Source: Puccinia triticina (taxonomy: Eukaryota). From it: a stretch of DNA of 64,000 bases. The translations under genes and the position numbers were made by a program. Where the stretch lies: contig CP110439.1 of the NCBI GenBank assembly GCA_026914245.1, forward strand, positions 5,208,001-5,272,000, given 5' to 3'. Below are positions 1-11,369 of the stretch, one piece after another; position 1 is the stretch's first letter, and the number at the start of each line of letters is the position of its first letter. Under the pieces are notes generated by a model. The model was not told where the DNA came from. It saw only the letters and a list, made by a program, of their open reading frames with translations, and did not search any database.

Positions 1-61
1 TCTATCCTCTCCTCTTTTTAGAAGCAGCAATGAACCTGATCCTTAGACATTTCTCACGTCA

Positions 62-2025
62 GTTCCGGATGTTGGTCTTTGTAACGACGATGAAGTGATC
101 CACTTTTACTTTCGTCAATTAATGTCAGGTCTTGTAAGTGTCTCCAGAAATATCGATTAAGTTGATTTTATTATAAATAAATGCAGCCCATCAGGCAAGA
201 AAAAAACTGAATCTTTCCTCGTGTTTCACAGCACTTCTGTCATTCCAAGGGAGTGGTTCATCGCGACCTGAAGCCCGAAAATATCCTGGTGAGTATCTTA
301 ATCATGGAAGGATGAAGAAACTATATGAACATCAGGGTTTTTCATTTGTTGATTTGTTTCTTAGTTAGATGGACGAGGGAACCTATTGATCTCCGATTTT
401 GGTCTTTGTTCCGTCTACAAATACAACGGAAAAGAAAGACTGTTAACAGAGGTATGCGGGAGTGCACCCTACGCGGCACCAGAAGTAAGTACGCGTCCAA
501 CAGTTTATCCGACAATTTCAAATGCCCGCAATCGTCGCCTGGATGAAGGACCTGTCTGACCAAATTTCAACCTGTCCAGTTGGCCCTTGGGCGACCTTAT
601 CATGGGCCTGCTATCGATCTTTGGTCTTCCGGTATCATACTCTACGTGCTTCTTGTAGGCAGTACGTCAATTACTATATCACATTTATTTTTGAAAGTTG
701 TGATCCCTCAAATGTCCGGCGCATGCTCTCCTCTGCCAGATACCCCATGGGATAACCCGACGCTGGAGAGTCCCGAGTTTGCATCTTATGTCAGAGGAGT
801 CATCTGGAACATGGATCCTTGGTGTCGAATAAAACCAGAGCTGAAGGGTCAGTCCAATCAATCTCAACTTTCCTTTCGGGCTTCCACTTCTTTCTGTAGG
901 CATGCTGACATGATCTAGCAAATGTTTCCAAAAAAAAGCTTTGTTGCAAGAGCTGATGAATATCGATCCCGAGATGAGAATAACGATGTCTCAGTTGGTC
1001 AAAAACCCTTGGTTCAGGATGTAAGCATGATTTACCATGCCGCTTGAACCTCACAGATCTCACAGGCACGTTCTCTGTTGACAATACTCAATTCAAACAA
1101 TATTTGATTTCAAAAAAATAGGAAAAATCCGTTGATGAATGCCGAAGGTCTTACGAAGTCCGGCGCGAACTTAGCAGTCAGACTAGCTAAACAACGAGGT
1201 GAACTTGAAGGCAGGCATGAGGAAGACGAAGTCAGAAAATTGCAAGTGATTCCCTCAAACATGCCTAAAATTTTCTTGATGTCTTACGGACGGCTCAACC
1301 CAATCTTTCTCTTGTGATGACAGAGCCTCGGAACTAGTCAATACACCCGCCATCGAGGTTTCCCTAGATGGGGATCCCTCAAACGTTCAACTGTCTCAAG
1401 AAATCGGCCAATCTCAACTTGGTACTCGGTTCAAGAACGATTTGAATATGAATCCCACCCAACCGTTTTCTTGCACTGTCAGGCTATTTGTGAGTTACAA
1501 AACGTATTTTTTTTTGTAATCTGCGGAGAAGTTATTAATCGCTGTGCCTCTATCTATTGGTTACTTCGACAGACTGCAGATCCCGTCTTGGCATCTCAAA
1601 AAATGCAACATGCAAATTTATCGACGATGTTCATTTCGGAGTCGCCAATCGAAGAGCTGATCGAAGCCTTCAGGGAAGCATTAGATATCCTCAGCGTGAA
1701 GCATCAAGCGAAGCCCTTAAACCCGCCCACCGATGGCGAAAGCGACAACAATTCGGGCGTGAAGATCACCGTGTCATTTATCGATAACCGGAAACAGAAG
1801 CTGATGGGCTCGTTGCGGATCGAGCCAATCGTCCCGATCGAAGGTGCCCTGGGACGTTCGACGGCTACCGACGGGATGGACGTCGACGAGACTGAGATGG
1901 AAAACAACCCCAAATGGGGCGTCGTCTTCAAGCGCAGAAAAGGCGATGTCCTGCAGTGGAAGAAGAAGTATGAGGAGCTCGTCCGACTGCTCCCTCCTGG
2001 GCTTATGGTGTCCAATTCCGCTTGA
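62..2025 (+). CDS. CHK1: Checkpoint Ser/Thr protein kinase Chk1-like (multi-exon, N-terminus upstream of window)
   Basis: Exons read [65 protein letters not shown]. An SQ-containing linker ([10 protein letters not shown]) follows, then C-terminal KA1-like [17 protein letters not shown] ending at TGA 2025. GT-AG introns. Confidence 0.88.
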
Positions 2026-2450
2026 AGGAGAAAAACAAATCCAGGGATATTGTTTCTGATTTTTCTGTGTCGATAACATCCTATACTCGTCGATTATTCA
2101 ATGTGAATGGGATTCAAACGCCTGTTGGGCCGGCGGAACGTGAAGCCCAGGACGGGTGTCTGTAAATAAACCTTTGTTGTACACAGCCTTCCTTCAAACT
2201 TGTTTATTTACATACACCCTGGTCAAGGTGAAAGGTCCGTGCTCAACAGATGAAAATTTAGTCGATAAAAGTTATATATCCTTCTGCTCGGGCTCAATCA
2301 AAACACTGGTTTAACTTGTATTGATAGCCTGAATAATCTTGGATTTCACCACCCCAAAGTTGAATCCTGAGATACATGACGATAAAGGTGGCATGACAAT
2401 GGCTCTATATACCCTTTGGGCGCCGATCCAATCATCGTTTCTCCTAATTT

Positions 2451-3200
2451 CACCACCCGCAAACGGGTGTGGTTTTCTCCGCAGCCACACCCAGTGGTTT
2501 TCCTGCGGAACTCGCGCGGCCCCCCGAAAACTCGTGCGGCCCCCGGACCCCCTAGCTGCATATCATTCGGGGTCCTTATGGGGCCGACCGGTCATCAGCA
2601 TAAATCTCGATGACCGGCGAGCTGGCTGGTCATTGAGGTTGTATAAATGTACCTCAATGACCATCTGAACGGTCATCGAGCTATACATAAACCTCGATGA
2701 CCGGCCAGCTGGCTGGTCATTGAGGTACATAGTACCTTGATGACCGGAGCCGACCGATCATCAAGGCATAAACCTCGATGACCGGAGCCGGCCGGTCATC
2801 TGTATACTTCGATGACCATCTCAATTGAACGGTCATCGAGGTGTGGTATTCAGATGACTGGCCGGCTCCGGTCATTGAGGTCCTTGATGACCGGAGCCGA
2901 CCGGTCATCAAACCTCGATGACCGTTCAATTGAGACGGTCATCGAGGTGTATGCCTTGATGACCGGCCGGCTCCGGTCATCAAGAGCCGACCGGTCATCA
3001 AAGCATACACCTTGATGACCGTTCGATTGAGACGGTCATCGAGGTGTATGCCTTGATGACCGGTCGGCCCCACAAGCACCCCGAATGATATGCAGCTAGG
3101 GGGTCCGGGGGCCGCACGAGTTTTCGGGGGGCCGCGCGAGTTCCGCGCGAAAACCACTGGGTGTGGCTGCGGAGGAAACCACACCCAATTGCGGGTGGTG
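2451..3200. mobile_element. Non-autonomous TIR element (CACC...GGTG, 3-bp TSD TTT; CACTA/CMC-like) with internal palindromic array
   Basis: About 145-bp near-perfect TIRs (CACCACCCGCAA... / ...TTGCGGGTGGTG). TTT at 2448-2450 and 3201-3203. The interior consists of GATGACC-N-GGTCATC units. Confidence 0.85.
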
Positions 3201-3203
3201 TTT

Positions 3204-3288
3204 GGCACTGTAGCTCAGTTGGTAGAGCACATGCTTAACACCGCTTCGAGATCGCATGTTGTCGTCGGTTTGAGCCCGGCCAGAGTCA
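3204..3288 (+). tRNA. tRNA-Val(AAC), 12-nt intron (3241-3252), T-loop variant TTTGAGC (possible pseudogene)
   Basis: Cloverleaf: acceptor GGCACTG/CAGAGTC, D-arm GCTC-AGTTGGTA-GAGC, anticodon stem CATGC/GCATG with loop TT-AAC-A-[intron]-C, T-arm GTCGG/CCGGC. T7 terminator at 3289-3295. Confidence 0.85.
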
Positions 3289-3825
3289 TTTTTTTGCTAC
3301 CATGGAACTCTTCATGGGGAAGATGGGGCTCGAGTTTTTTTCATAGTTTTTAATGGCTCTCTGGTGAGCAATTCACTACTGCATGACTTTCCTTTGCTGT
3401 GAATTAGCAAGTTGCCATTTATGATTCTCAACAAATACAACTCCGAGTTCGGCCGTCCAAGACCCTCCCTGTGGTTGTCCTGTACCGGTGGATAGCTTCA
3501 CAATCTACTCACCGCCGTGGCATGGCTGTCTGATCAGGGCTTCTCTCCTGAGGCCGCAGCGTTGTTCTCTTATCGCTTTCTATGTATTCATGGCGGCAGG
3601 GCTCACTTAACCTCATTGATAAGCTACGCGGCAGGGTTTTAAAAGAGGTTGCCTCTATCGCTGATTTGCATTTTGCCATTCATACAATACCACTCGCAGG
3701 ACTCCAGGAGATCCAAACCACCTTCCATTTTTCTGATTTACGAATAGTTCCAGGCGCCAGCTAGAAATCCATCGTCAGCAACAGACATGCACTTGTCCAT
3801 CTGGATTAGGTTTTTGGTGATCACC

Positions 3826-4325
3826 ATGGCCCGCCAGAATCAAGCAGCACCAGCCAAGTCGGACCCACCCTTTCCAACTGCTGCTTGCATAAACGAAGTT
3901 CAGTATATATTCTTTTGTGTGAGACAGCTTACCGACCAAGAGCATGTACTATTCGGCGCGGAGGACCTGAGAGGTAAGCCGCTTCTGTTTTTCTTCTCTT
4001 CTTTTCAGCTTTAACCTTTTCACCCATGATTCTCTCTATTAGTTGCGATCAAGGCACCGTTGGTCCCCGGTCGTCACATGTACCGTTACCGCTACTGCAA
4101 TAACGTCGAAATCTCCAATTCTGTTGCCACCCAGGCATACTGCTGCCTTTTAACAGAAACATGGAGCACTCATCAGACGGGCGTAAGTTTCAAACCGCGG
4201 TCTGACTTGGAACCCATCGTTCAACTTCTCTGACCACTGATTTCCCTGATTTGACACAGATGTTTCTTACATTCGGCTCCCTTCTCCGAAAAGAATGCAA
4301 GCCACACCGAATGTCGATGACTTAA
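3826..4325 (+). CDS. Putative small 3-exon hypothetical protein (~117 aa) or gene relic
   Basis: CACCATG start. Introns GTAAGC..TAG (3973-4042) and GTAAGT..CAG (~4183-4259) keep an open frame MARQNQAAP...RYRYCNNVE...YCCLL...MSMT*. No recognised domain. Confidence 0.35.
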
Positions 4326-4829
4326 CCAAGTCCCTCTATTGGAGGGGGGCACCCTGCCGCAGGGACCTTCCGAGAGAGGGACTTCGTGCGAACTGAAGTC
4401 ACCCCCACAGGAGTAGAGAGTTAGGAAAACTGCATCTTTCAATCCTTCCTGGCCACACCATTTCTTGTTGTGCAATTGAGGTTTAGGGAGCAAAAAATGC
4501 AAAAAAAGATGGAATTTGTTTCTACACATGTGTTTCTTAATTTTTGGGGGGGCCTGGAGCTCCCTTTGAAGTCCTTTCTTGTGACTGACATGTGTCCCGC
4601 TTCATCAGGTGTTATACATCTTGCACTTTACAGCATCCAAAACCCATGAGGTTACAATTCTGATTGCAGACCAACCAGATTGGTTGAGGATTGGAAAATG
4701 GGACAAAGTAAGACAGCTTGGGCCCTCCCAGAAATGGAAAACATTGTGAAAACTCCCCACCAAAAGGGCTGATTATTTACTCCCACGGAATTGACATAGC
4801 CTGAAAGTCCTGACTTCAGAGGGCCCCTG

Positions 4830-4934
4830 CCCTCTGATTGGGGTCTTTGTTAAGCTAGTATGGTTTCCACCCTCTGATTAGGTTCCTAGTCAAGCTAGTA
4901 TGGTTTCCACCCTCTGATTATGGTCTTATTCAAG
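4830..4934. repeat. Tandem repeat, ~40-bp unit, ~2.5 copies
   Basis: CCCTCTGATT...AAGCTAGTATGGTTTCCA repeated. Confidence 0.7.
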
Positions 4935-5013
4935 TTACTTTATACTTACTCCTGGCTTCCAATGATGGTGGGTAGTCACCGCTACAGTCACCAGGGGGGA
5001 ATCCGTGGCACTT

Positions 5014-5480
5014 CAGGACCCAGGAAACCCCCTGTAAATGACCGTAACGAAAATGTATGAATTTTTTGGCAAAAACCCAAAATGGTAGGCACAAAAATGG
5101 TATGAATGGGCGTTTTTGGCCTCAATGGTAAGCACTTCAAGTGTATGAAATTTTTCCTGGGTACAAGAGGGTAGCAACTAAGATGTATGAAATTCCTGAG
5201 AGTGCACCAGAAAAACCCGTAGCCCTCCCTCCCTCAGCAGCACAGCTTGGCTTATTTTTGGTACCCCAGTGCCCCACCTTGGCAGCGCACCCCAGGTTTT
5301 TTTTTTTTTGCACCCCCCCCCCCTCGGCAGGAATGGTAGGCATGGAAAATGTATGAAAATTTGGGAAATCCTCAAAGCATACGCACAAAACGTGTATGAA
5401 TGAGGTCAAAAAATGTATGAATTTTGTCAAAATTCTGGATTTTAGGTTACGGTCATTTATAAGGGGTTTCCTGTGTCCTG
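5014..5480. mobile_element. MITE (CAGG...CCTG) inserted in the left TIR of the 4989-8351 element
   Basis: TIRs CAGGACCCAGGAAACCCC..TAAATGACCGTAAC / GTTACGGTCATTTA..GGGGTTTCCTGTGTCCTG. Flanking duplication GCACTT (or GGCACTTC). A second copy lies at 59091-59499. Confidence 0.85.
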
Positions 5481-5776
5481 GCACTTCCCACAGAGTGCCA
5501 TATCATAATTCCATCAGACCGGGGGACTGATGTCATGCTGGATTTAACCATAACTCTTGTATAACTTTTTACCCTATGGCAACAATCACTGAAGCCCAAT
5601 TTATGCACAAATATCTGTTGATCAAATGTTTCATTAGGGATCATCTGGAGAGGACAATGTATTTATTTCATGAAGATCCCCATGTTCAACCAATGATGAG
5701 GTCGATTCTGGGCCCCCTTGGGTAAGACAAAATTCAGCTTCTTGATTTGTGATTGAATCAACAAGCACTTTCCAAG

Positions 5777-6539
5777 TAGAGATCGCCAAGTGGACCCCTG
5801 GGCGGGTACCCGCCACATGGCTTCGGGTACCCGCGCGCGGGTGCCGTGTACGGGTCCGGGTGCGGGATCTTGGGCAAAAAAGCACCAGGTACCCGGATAC
5901 CCGCCAAAAATACCCGCGGCAGGCGGGTCTTCCAGGTACCCGGGTACCCGCTGTTACGGTCACCGAGGGGGTTGATTCCTCAAGATGACCGGGACAGATT
6001 CTGGTCATCAAGGGGAATCAGCCCTCTCGATGACCGGGACGAACCTCAGTAATCAAGAGGCATACAGCCCTCTTGATGACCGGGATCTGCCCCGGTCATC
6101 AAGAAGAATCAACCCCCTCGGTGACCGTGATAGAACCCGCTCATTGAGAGGGTTGTTTACTTCGAGATGACTGGAACAGACCCCGGTCATCAAGAGGAAA
6201 AAAGCCTCTCAATGAGCAGGGTCTATCCCGGTCATCGAGAGGAACCATCACTCCCGATGAGCGGGTTCTATTCCGGTCATCAAGAGGAAACAACCCTCCC
6301 GATGACTGGGACAGAGCCCGGTCATCGGGAGGAACCATCACTCCCGATGAACAGTCTGTAGCTGTCATCGAGTGAGGGTGTTGGATAAAAAAAAGCACAA
6401 GTACCCGCGGTACCCGCAAAAAGTACCGCCGGTACCCGCCCGCGGGTGCCGTGTACGGGTACAGGTGTCTGAATATCACGAAAAACACCTCGGGTACCCG
6501 GACACGCGGCGGGTACCCGGGTCCACTTGGCGATCTCTA
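5777..6539. mobile_element. hAT-family MITE with 8-bp TSD and internal palindromic array
   Basis: TIRs TAGAGATCGCCAAGTGGACCC / GGGTCCACTTGGCGATCTCTA. TSD TTTCCAAG at 5769-5776 and 6540-6547. GGGTACCC subterminal repeats. Central GATGACCGG..CCGGTCATC units. Confidence 0.9.
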
Positions 6540-8359
6540 TTTCCAAGCTCCTTTTGAAAAGAAGATATTGGAAGATTCAATTAGGCATCTTTGTGGACGT
6601 ATCCACCTTGTATTTATACTACTGTGGCTGGTTGGTTGATTTAAATCATCTCCAAGATTGGAGAGAACATTCTTTAATCTTGCTTCAGATTTGGAATTTC
6701 TAGTTTCAAGTCTCCAGGTGCAGATGGTCATTCCTCCTCAAACTGATTCTAAAAAGACTTTCAAGTTGTCAACACCCCTAATGTGTGGAAAGCTGTGACC
6801 CTCTGGTATGCAGAGTGCCCTGACAAGATTAATGGCGACATGATGTGCTTAAATAATGGGATTTCACCGGTGACATTCCCTCAAGATTGCTGTACCCACC
6901 ACGTTGGATCCAGGGGACACAGGCACCCTTGGAGTTGGACCACACTGTTTTGTGATCACCAAAACCAAGCTGGCCCTGATATCAGTGTATCAAGTGAGTT
7001 CTGACCATGTAGTGTACGTTCCTTCCTTTGGGCTGGATTGGAATTTATTATTGGATTCTTACAAACAGATGCTCAGAGGTGTGAGGTCTGATGCAGCTGA
7101 TCATCCGTGCAATGCATTTGGTGCAAAGGTAGTATTATCTGTGTGTGATAGTTTCTTGAACTTACCATGGTGGGCTGCCAGGTTCAGGGAGAGCCAGCTG
7201 TATTGCACCGGATATGTCTCAAATCACTCATCCACCGTGCAGGTGGGATGGGAGTTGAAGGGTGGATGAATGCTGTGTGATGTCCACCCTGACATTTGCG
7301 CAAACGTCAGGGTGGACACCTATCACACAGCTGCTTGCGGGGACTCCAGGGCGTTTTCCCTGTGGCCCCCAACCCCGCTCTTCTTGGCTCACCAGGGTTT
7401 CTTGGCCTGCCAAACGTCCTGGAGATTTTCCCCAGCCAAGACGGTGTTAGACACTCAACGCATGAACCCTCATGCAATGTCTGAGTGTCCTTGTGGCAAG
7501 GAGACCCAACTTGACCCCTGATGCAAAACTGTCACGGAGAATTGCCGTCTCACAGTGCAATCAGCTTGCATGTGATGACCTGTCCTCACCCCAGCAGCAT
7601 GCTTGCAAAGATCAATGGAGATCTTCCCCGATCAAGAAGAGTTCACCCAACAGAGGCCTCTGCCTACCGCCAGAGATGTCACACTTTTACACGCAGCATA
7701 TGTTTTTTACCCATCCCCATCTTTCCGACCTTTTCAAATTGCTAAATTCTGGTTGGCTCCTTTTGTGGCTGTTGTTAGGTGCTCCAAACATCACAGCCCA
7801 TCAGCAACAACCCGGTCATGCATCCTGGCGTTCCTGCACACCCCTCCAGCCTTCTCTTCATCACCACAACACCCAATCAGGACCTTCCCAGAAATCCCTC
7901 TTGCTCTGGAAACCCCCGGTGAATCATGATCACTTTGACAGACCTTCCTCAGATTATCACCAATTTTGTTCAATTCTTTGATTGTGGGTTCAGTAAAGGC
8001 TTATGTCAAGAGTAAATTACATACTTGCAAAATGGCCGTTGGCTCAGATTAAGAGCCGCTTGGATCATGAAATGAATTGTTTTTTCTGTTGATGTACAAT
8101 GAATACATTTTACCTTTCCTTCCCTACCTTCCAGTAGTTTGGTTGGTTTAATTAATGCAATCAAATTCTACCATGTGATTTCCTAGTTGCTGATACATTA
8201 GTTAGACAAGACATCACTATGAATTCAACATCAGATGAACAATCCTTCAGGCATTATTTGCAGATGCACAAGCAGTTGACTTCACAAGAAGTTACTGAAA
8301 CAAATTACGGTATGGCACTCTGTGGGAAGTGCCACGGATTCCCCCCTGGTGAGTAACAT

Positions 8360-8590
8360 CACTGCCAGCATATTTGGCTGGGATGAAGACATCCCAGTTT
8401 AACTAGGATGCACTCAACCAATTTAAAATGGCTTGATCTCATCCAATTAAATATATACCCAAGGGGGGGTACCTTTGATTTATATTTCATCAGTTCAGAT
8501 CAACCAAGTTTAAGTTGGTTGAGTTCATCCCACTCCAGTCAACCAAGTTTAAATTGGTTGTTAACTGGGATAACCTCAACCCTGGCAGTG
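8360..8590. mobile_element. CACTG-terminated MITE (inverted copy of 9956-10171)
   Basis: CACTGCCAG...CTGGCAGTG termini. The interior is the reverse complement of 9956-10171. TSD not evident. Confidence 0.7.
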
Positions 8591-9632
8591 CGCTGTAGTT
8601 GAAGAAAGTGTTGGGACCACTCCTCTGCAAGATCATCCCGGAGAAATTTGGGGGATTCAGAGAACTCCGCTCTGCAGCTCTGCCAATGTGGTAGGGCTCC
8701 AAGCGGGGTAAATGTAGTAAAGCAAATATAATAATAAAGCTCTGCAAAATCAAATTGTAACATGAAGCTCTGCCACATAAGAGGATAATCTGCCACAAAG
8801 CTCTGTGAAAACACAAGAAAACAGCCGTAAAGCAAGCAAAACTGGAACACAGGTAAAGCAAATCCGCAAAGTAACCTCCACTCCACAATGTACACAAATT
8901 CAAAAGACGCACAACAGTCTGCAAAGTAAATGGAAGCCATAAAGGAGAGTCTGTGGGGAGTATGAGGCAGAATTCTCCCTCCCCCGCCCTATTTTTGTAG
9001 AGAAAAGAAAGAGAACTAAACAACATCCTCTGCCCACCTCCCACACACACCATCCACCAACACCATTCACACATGCACACTTTTCTTCCGCCAAGGGCTA
9101 TACACACACACACGTCATCTGCCAAGCTTGGCTCTCACACTAACTCCACCGTTGAACTCCTCGCCCTAGCTTCCACACCTCTGTCTAGTCTATGATTTCA
9201 GGATCCCACATGCCAGCTACGCCCGCGGACATAGCATGCTTTGGCTGCCACGGCTTCCCCCAATCACCGCCTCCGCTAGTCAGTCCGCGCTGGCCTGCAA
9301 AGTTCAAGTCCAGCTTGAGCCTCTGCCCGCCGCCGCCTCGCCACATTCAGTTGTGCGCTCCGTTCTGCATCATCTGCACTCGGCCCTGATTTCTCCATGG
9401 AAAATTTTGAAAAATGTGCCAGAATTGATCACCACAACATGCAAAGTAGCATTAGAAGGAAGGTAGAGTTTGTGTGAGATGGATTTAAATACCATGAAAA
9501 AAGAAAAGGGAGGGACCTGATGTATCAGGGGTATTTTATATCCCTCCAAGGATAGAGCTGGGGCCTCAAAGCAGGGTTGTTTTCAATCCAAGAGAATAGA
9601 TCAGCGAGCTAGTCAGTTTTAGTACTCGCTAT

Positions 9633-9751
9633 CACTGTGAAAAATAGTAAATACTCAAGAAGCTGCTGCCAGTTGACATGCAGTATTACAAAGGTGTCTT
9701 GGTAATATTGCATGTCAACTGGCGGCAGTTTCTCAAGTGTTTTTCACAGTG
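9633..9751. mobile_element. Small foldback CACTG MITE, 3-bp TSD TAT
   Basis: CACTGTGAAAAA...TTTTTCACAGTG with internal CAGTTGACATGCA/TGCATGTCAACTG inverted arms. TAT on both sides. Confidence 0.8.
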
Positions 9752-9955
9752 TATTGGATTCTTCCCCATATTTACAAGCACAAAAGAATTTAGCTAAAAT
9801 AGCTGAGACAAATTCTTAGTAATGAACTGGCTCTAACAGCAATTTAGATGATGAATTTGGAACAAAGTGAACTCAAGGCAGATCAAAGGTGGTTAGAATC
9901 AATATTGGGTGGAAAACCCTGGGGAAACCAAGCAAAGGGAGAACACACATCTCCT

Positions 9956-10171
9956 CACTGCCAGCATAATTAGCTGGGTTAAGGTTATCCCAGTTAAACT
10001 GGGATGAACTCAACCAATTTAAACTTGGTTGATCTCAACTGATGAAATATAAATCCAAGGTCCCCCCTTTGGATTTATATTTCATTGGTCAAGATCGACC
10101 CATTTTAAATCGGTTGAGTGCATCCCAGTTAAACTGGGATGACTTCATCCCAGCCAAACATGCTGGCAGTG
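9956..10171. mobile_element. CACTG-terminated MITE, 3-bp TSD CCT
   Basis: CACTGCCAGCAT...ATGCTGGCAGTG. CCT at 9953-9955 and 10172-10174. Confidence 0.85.
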
Positions 10172-10501
10172 CCTTAAACATTCTTTTGCATTTCCTAAGA
10201 AAGCCATTATGTTACCATTATTGGAAACCTATGTGGATGAAATTATTTTGAGAATTCACCTTAATGTCTGCAGAAGCTCATTTATTGTTTGTTAGTTCTC
10301 TCACTTTCACAGCTTCAAATTTGAGTTTGACAATTTTTATATTACCTGGAAAGGTGATCCATTTGAGGTCAATCTCCATTCCCAGGATGTATTTTTTTCT
10401 GCCCATTTTTTTTTTTTTTGGATATTACTTGCTTTGGTACAAGTCTTGAATTACACTCTGGACTAAACCAACAACACTGGTAAAATCAATAATGTTGAAG
10501 C

Positions 10502-11313
10502 TGAAAGTTTTCAGATGACTAAGATTCATTGCTTTTGATCAGACTCTATCATGTATGTATAAGATTTGTGAACAATAGATCTTAGAATAAGTATTTAAGG
10601 CCTATTTACCTAAGAGCAGGCAATAGACCGCTCTTTGTTTTGAGTAAAGAAAAGAGAGAGATCTAGAGTAGCGGTGTCGGTGTTGAGCTCAGGTTTTCCT
10701 GTGCGTTCATGAACCGCAACGCCTGGTCAGCTCTCTGTCTTTATCTATCTTTGATAGTAGCTCCAAGCAGTCTTACACTTGTTGAGTCTTTTTTGTCCCT
10801 TTTTGGGGCGCTGGATTTGTCCTTGGCGAAACGGCGTAGGAGTGATGCTACGTTATCTAAACACAAGCGTTCTGCCTATGAGCCTATAGTTTCTCAGTTG
10901 TTTATAGTGGGCACTTCCACTCACCGTCTGATACCGCTTCTCTTTCAGAGGGATTGGTTTGGTTGTTCTCGATCCCGTTGACTTTGTCTAGAGAAGGATA
11001 AGGATGATGTTTTAGCTTTTCATCTTGGTCTAGTCAGAGTTTGAGTTCTCAGTTACTCACCTTTGGTGTCAACTGATATTCTCGCTCTTAATGACTGAGG
11101 GCCGGGATTATCCACGTGCCTAACCTTGGTGCTTGTTGGCGTCGGACCTGCATACATCAAAATTTGATGTGTCAGTTTTACGACTCCACGCGGCAGGTTC
11201 GGACTGCGGAAGTGGTTTGCTTTTTGCTTACCAAATTCCGCAGCTGTTGGAGCTCCCGGCCGCTTCCCCAATTTATGGGTGCTAAGCCGTTTGCCTTGAG
11301 GTGCATTCTCACA
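10502..11313. mobile_element. Probable solo LTR (812 bp)
   Basis: TG...CA termini flanked by the 5-bp direct repeat GAAGC (10497-10501, 11314-11318). Non-coding interior. Confidence 0.6.
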
Positions 11314-11369
11314 GAAGCAACAGGATCAATGACACAGCTGCTGTCAACTCAGATTCTGGACCTAATTAT

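Larger units (their letters stand above)
4989..8351. mobile_element. Degenerate TIR transposon (CACC...GGTG, 3-bp TSD AGT; CACTA/CMC-like) hosting two nested MITEs
   Basis: Left end CACCAGGGGGGAATCCGTGGCACTT(+CCCACAGAGTGCCATA after the nested insert) is the reverse complement of TATGGCACTCTGTGGGAAGTGCCACGGATTCCCCCCTGGTG ending at 8351. AGT flanks both ends. No intact transposase visible. Confidence 0.8.

Noticed and set aside
2582..3068. CRISPR-like repeat/spacer array
   Set aside because: Eukaryotic context, no cas genes, units are degenerate palindromes with recurring short spacers, and the array lies within TIR/TSD-bounded elements.
3204..3288. tRNA-Leu(TAA) or suppressor reading of CTTAACA
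   Set aside because: The 5-bp stem CATGC/GCATG places TT at 32-33 and AAC at 34-36, and the short variable loop is inconsistent with Leu.
5137..6557. Multiple short ORFs, duplicated at 59077-59606
   Set aside because: They are translations of non-coding MITE sequence.
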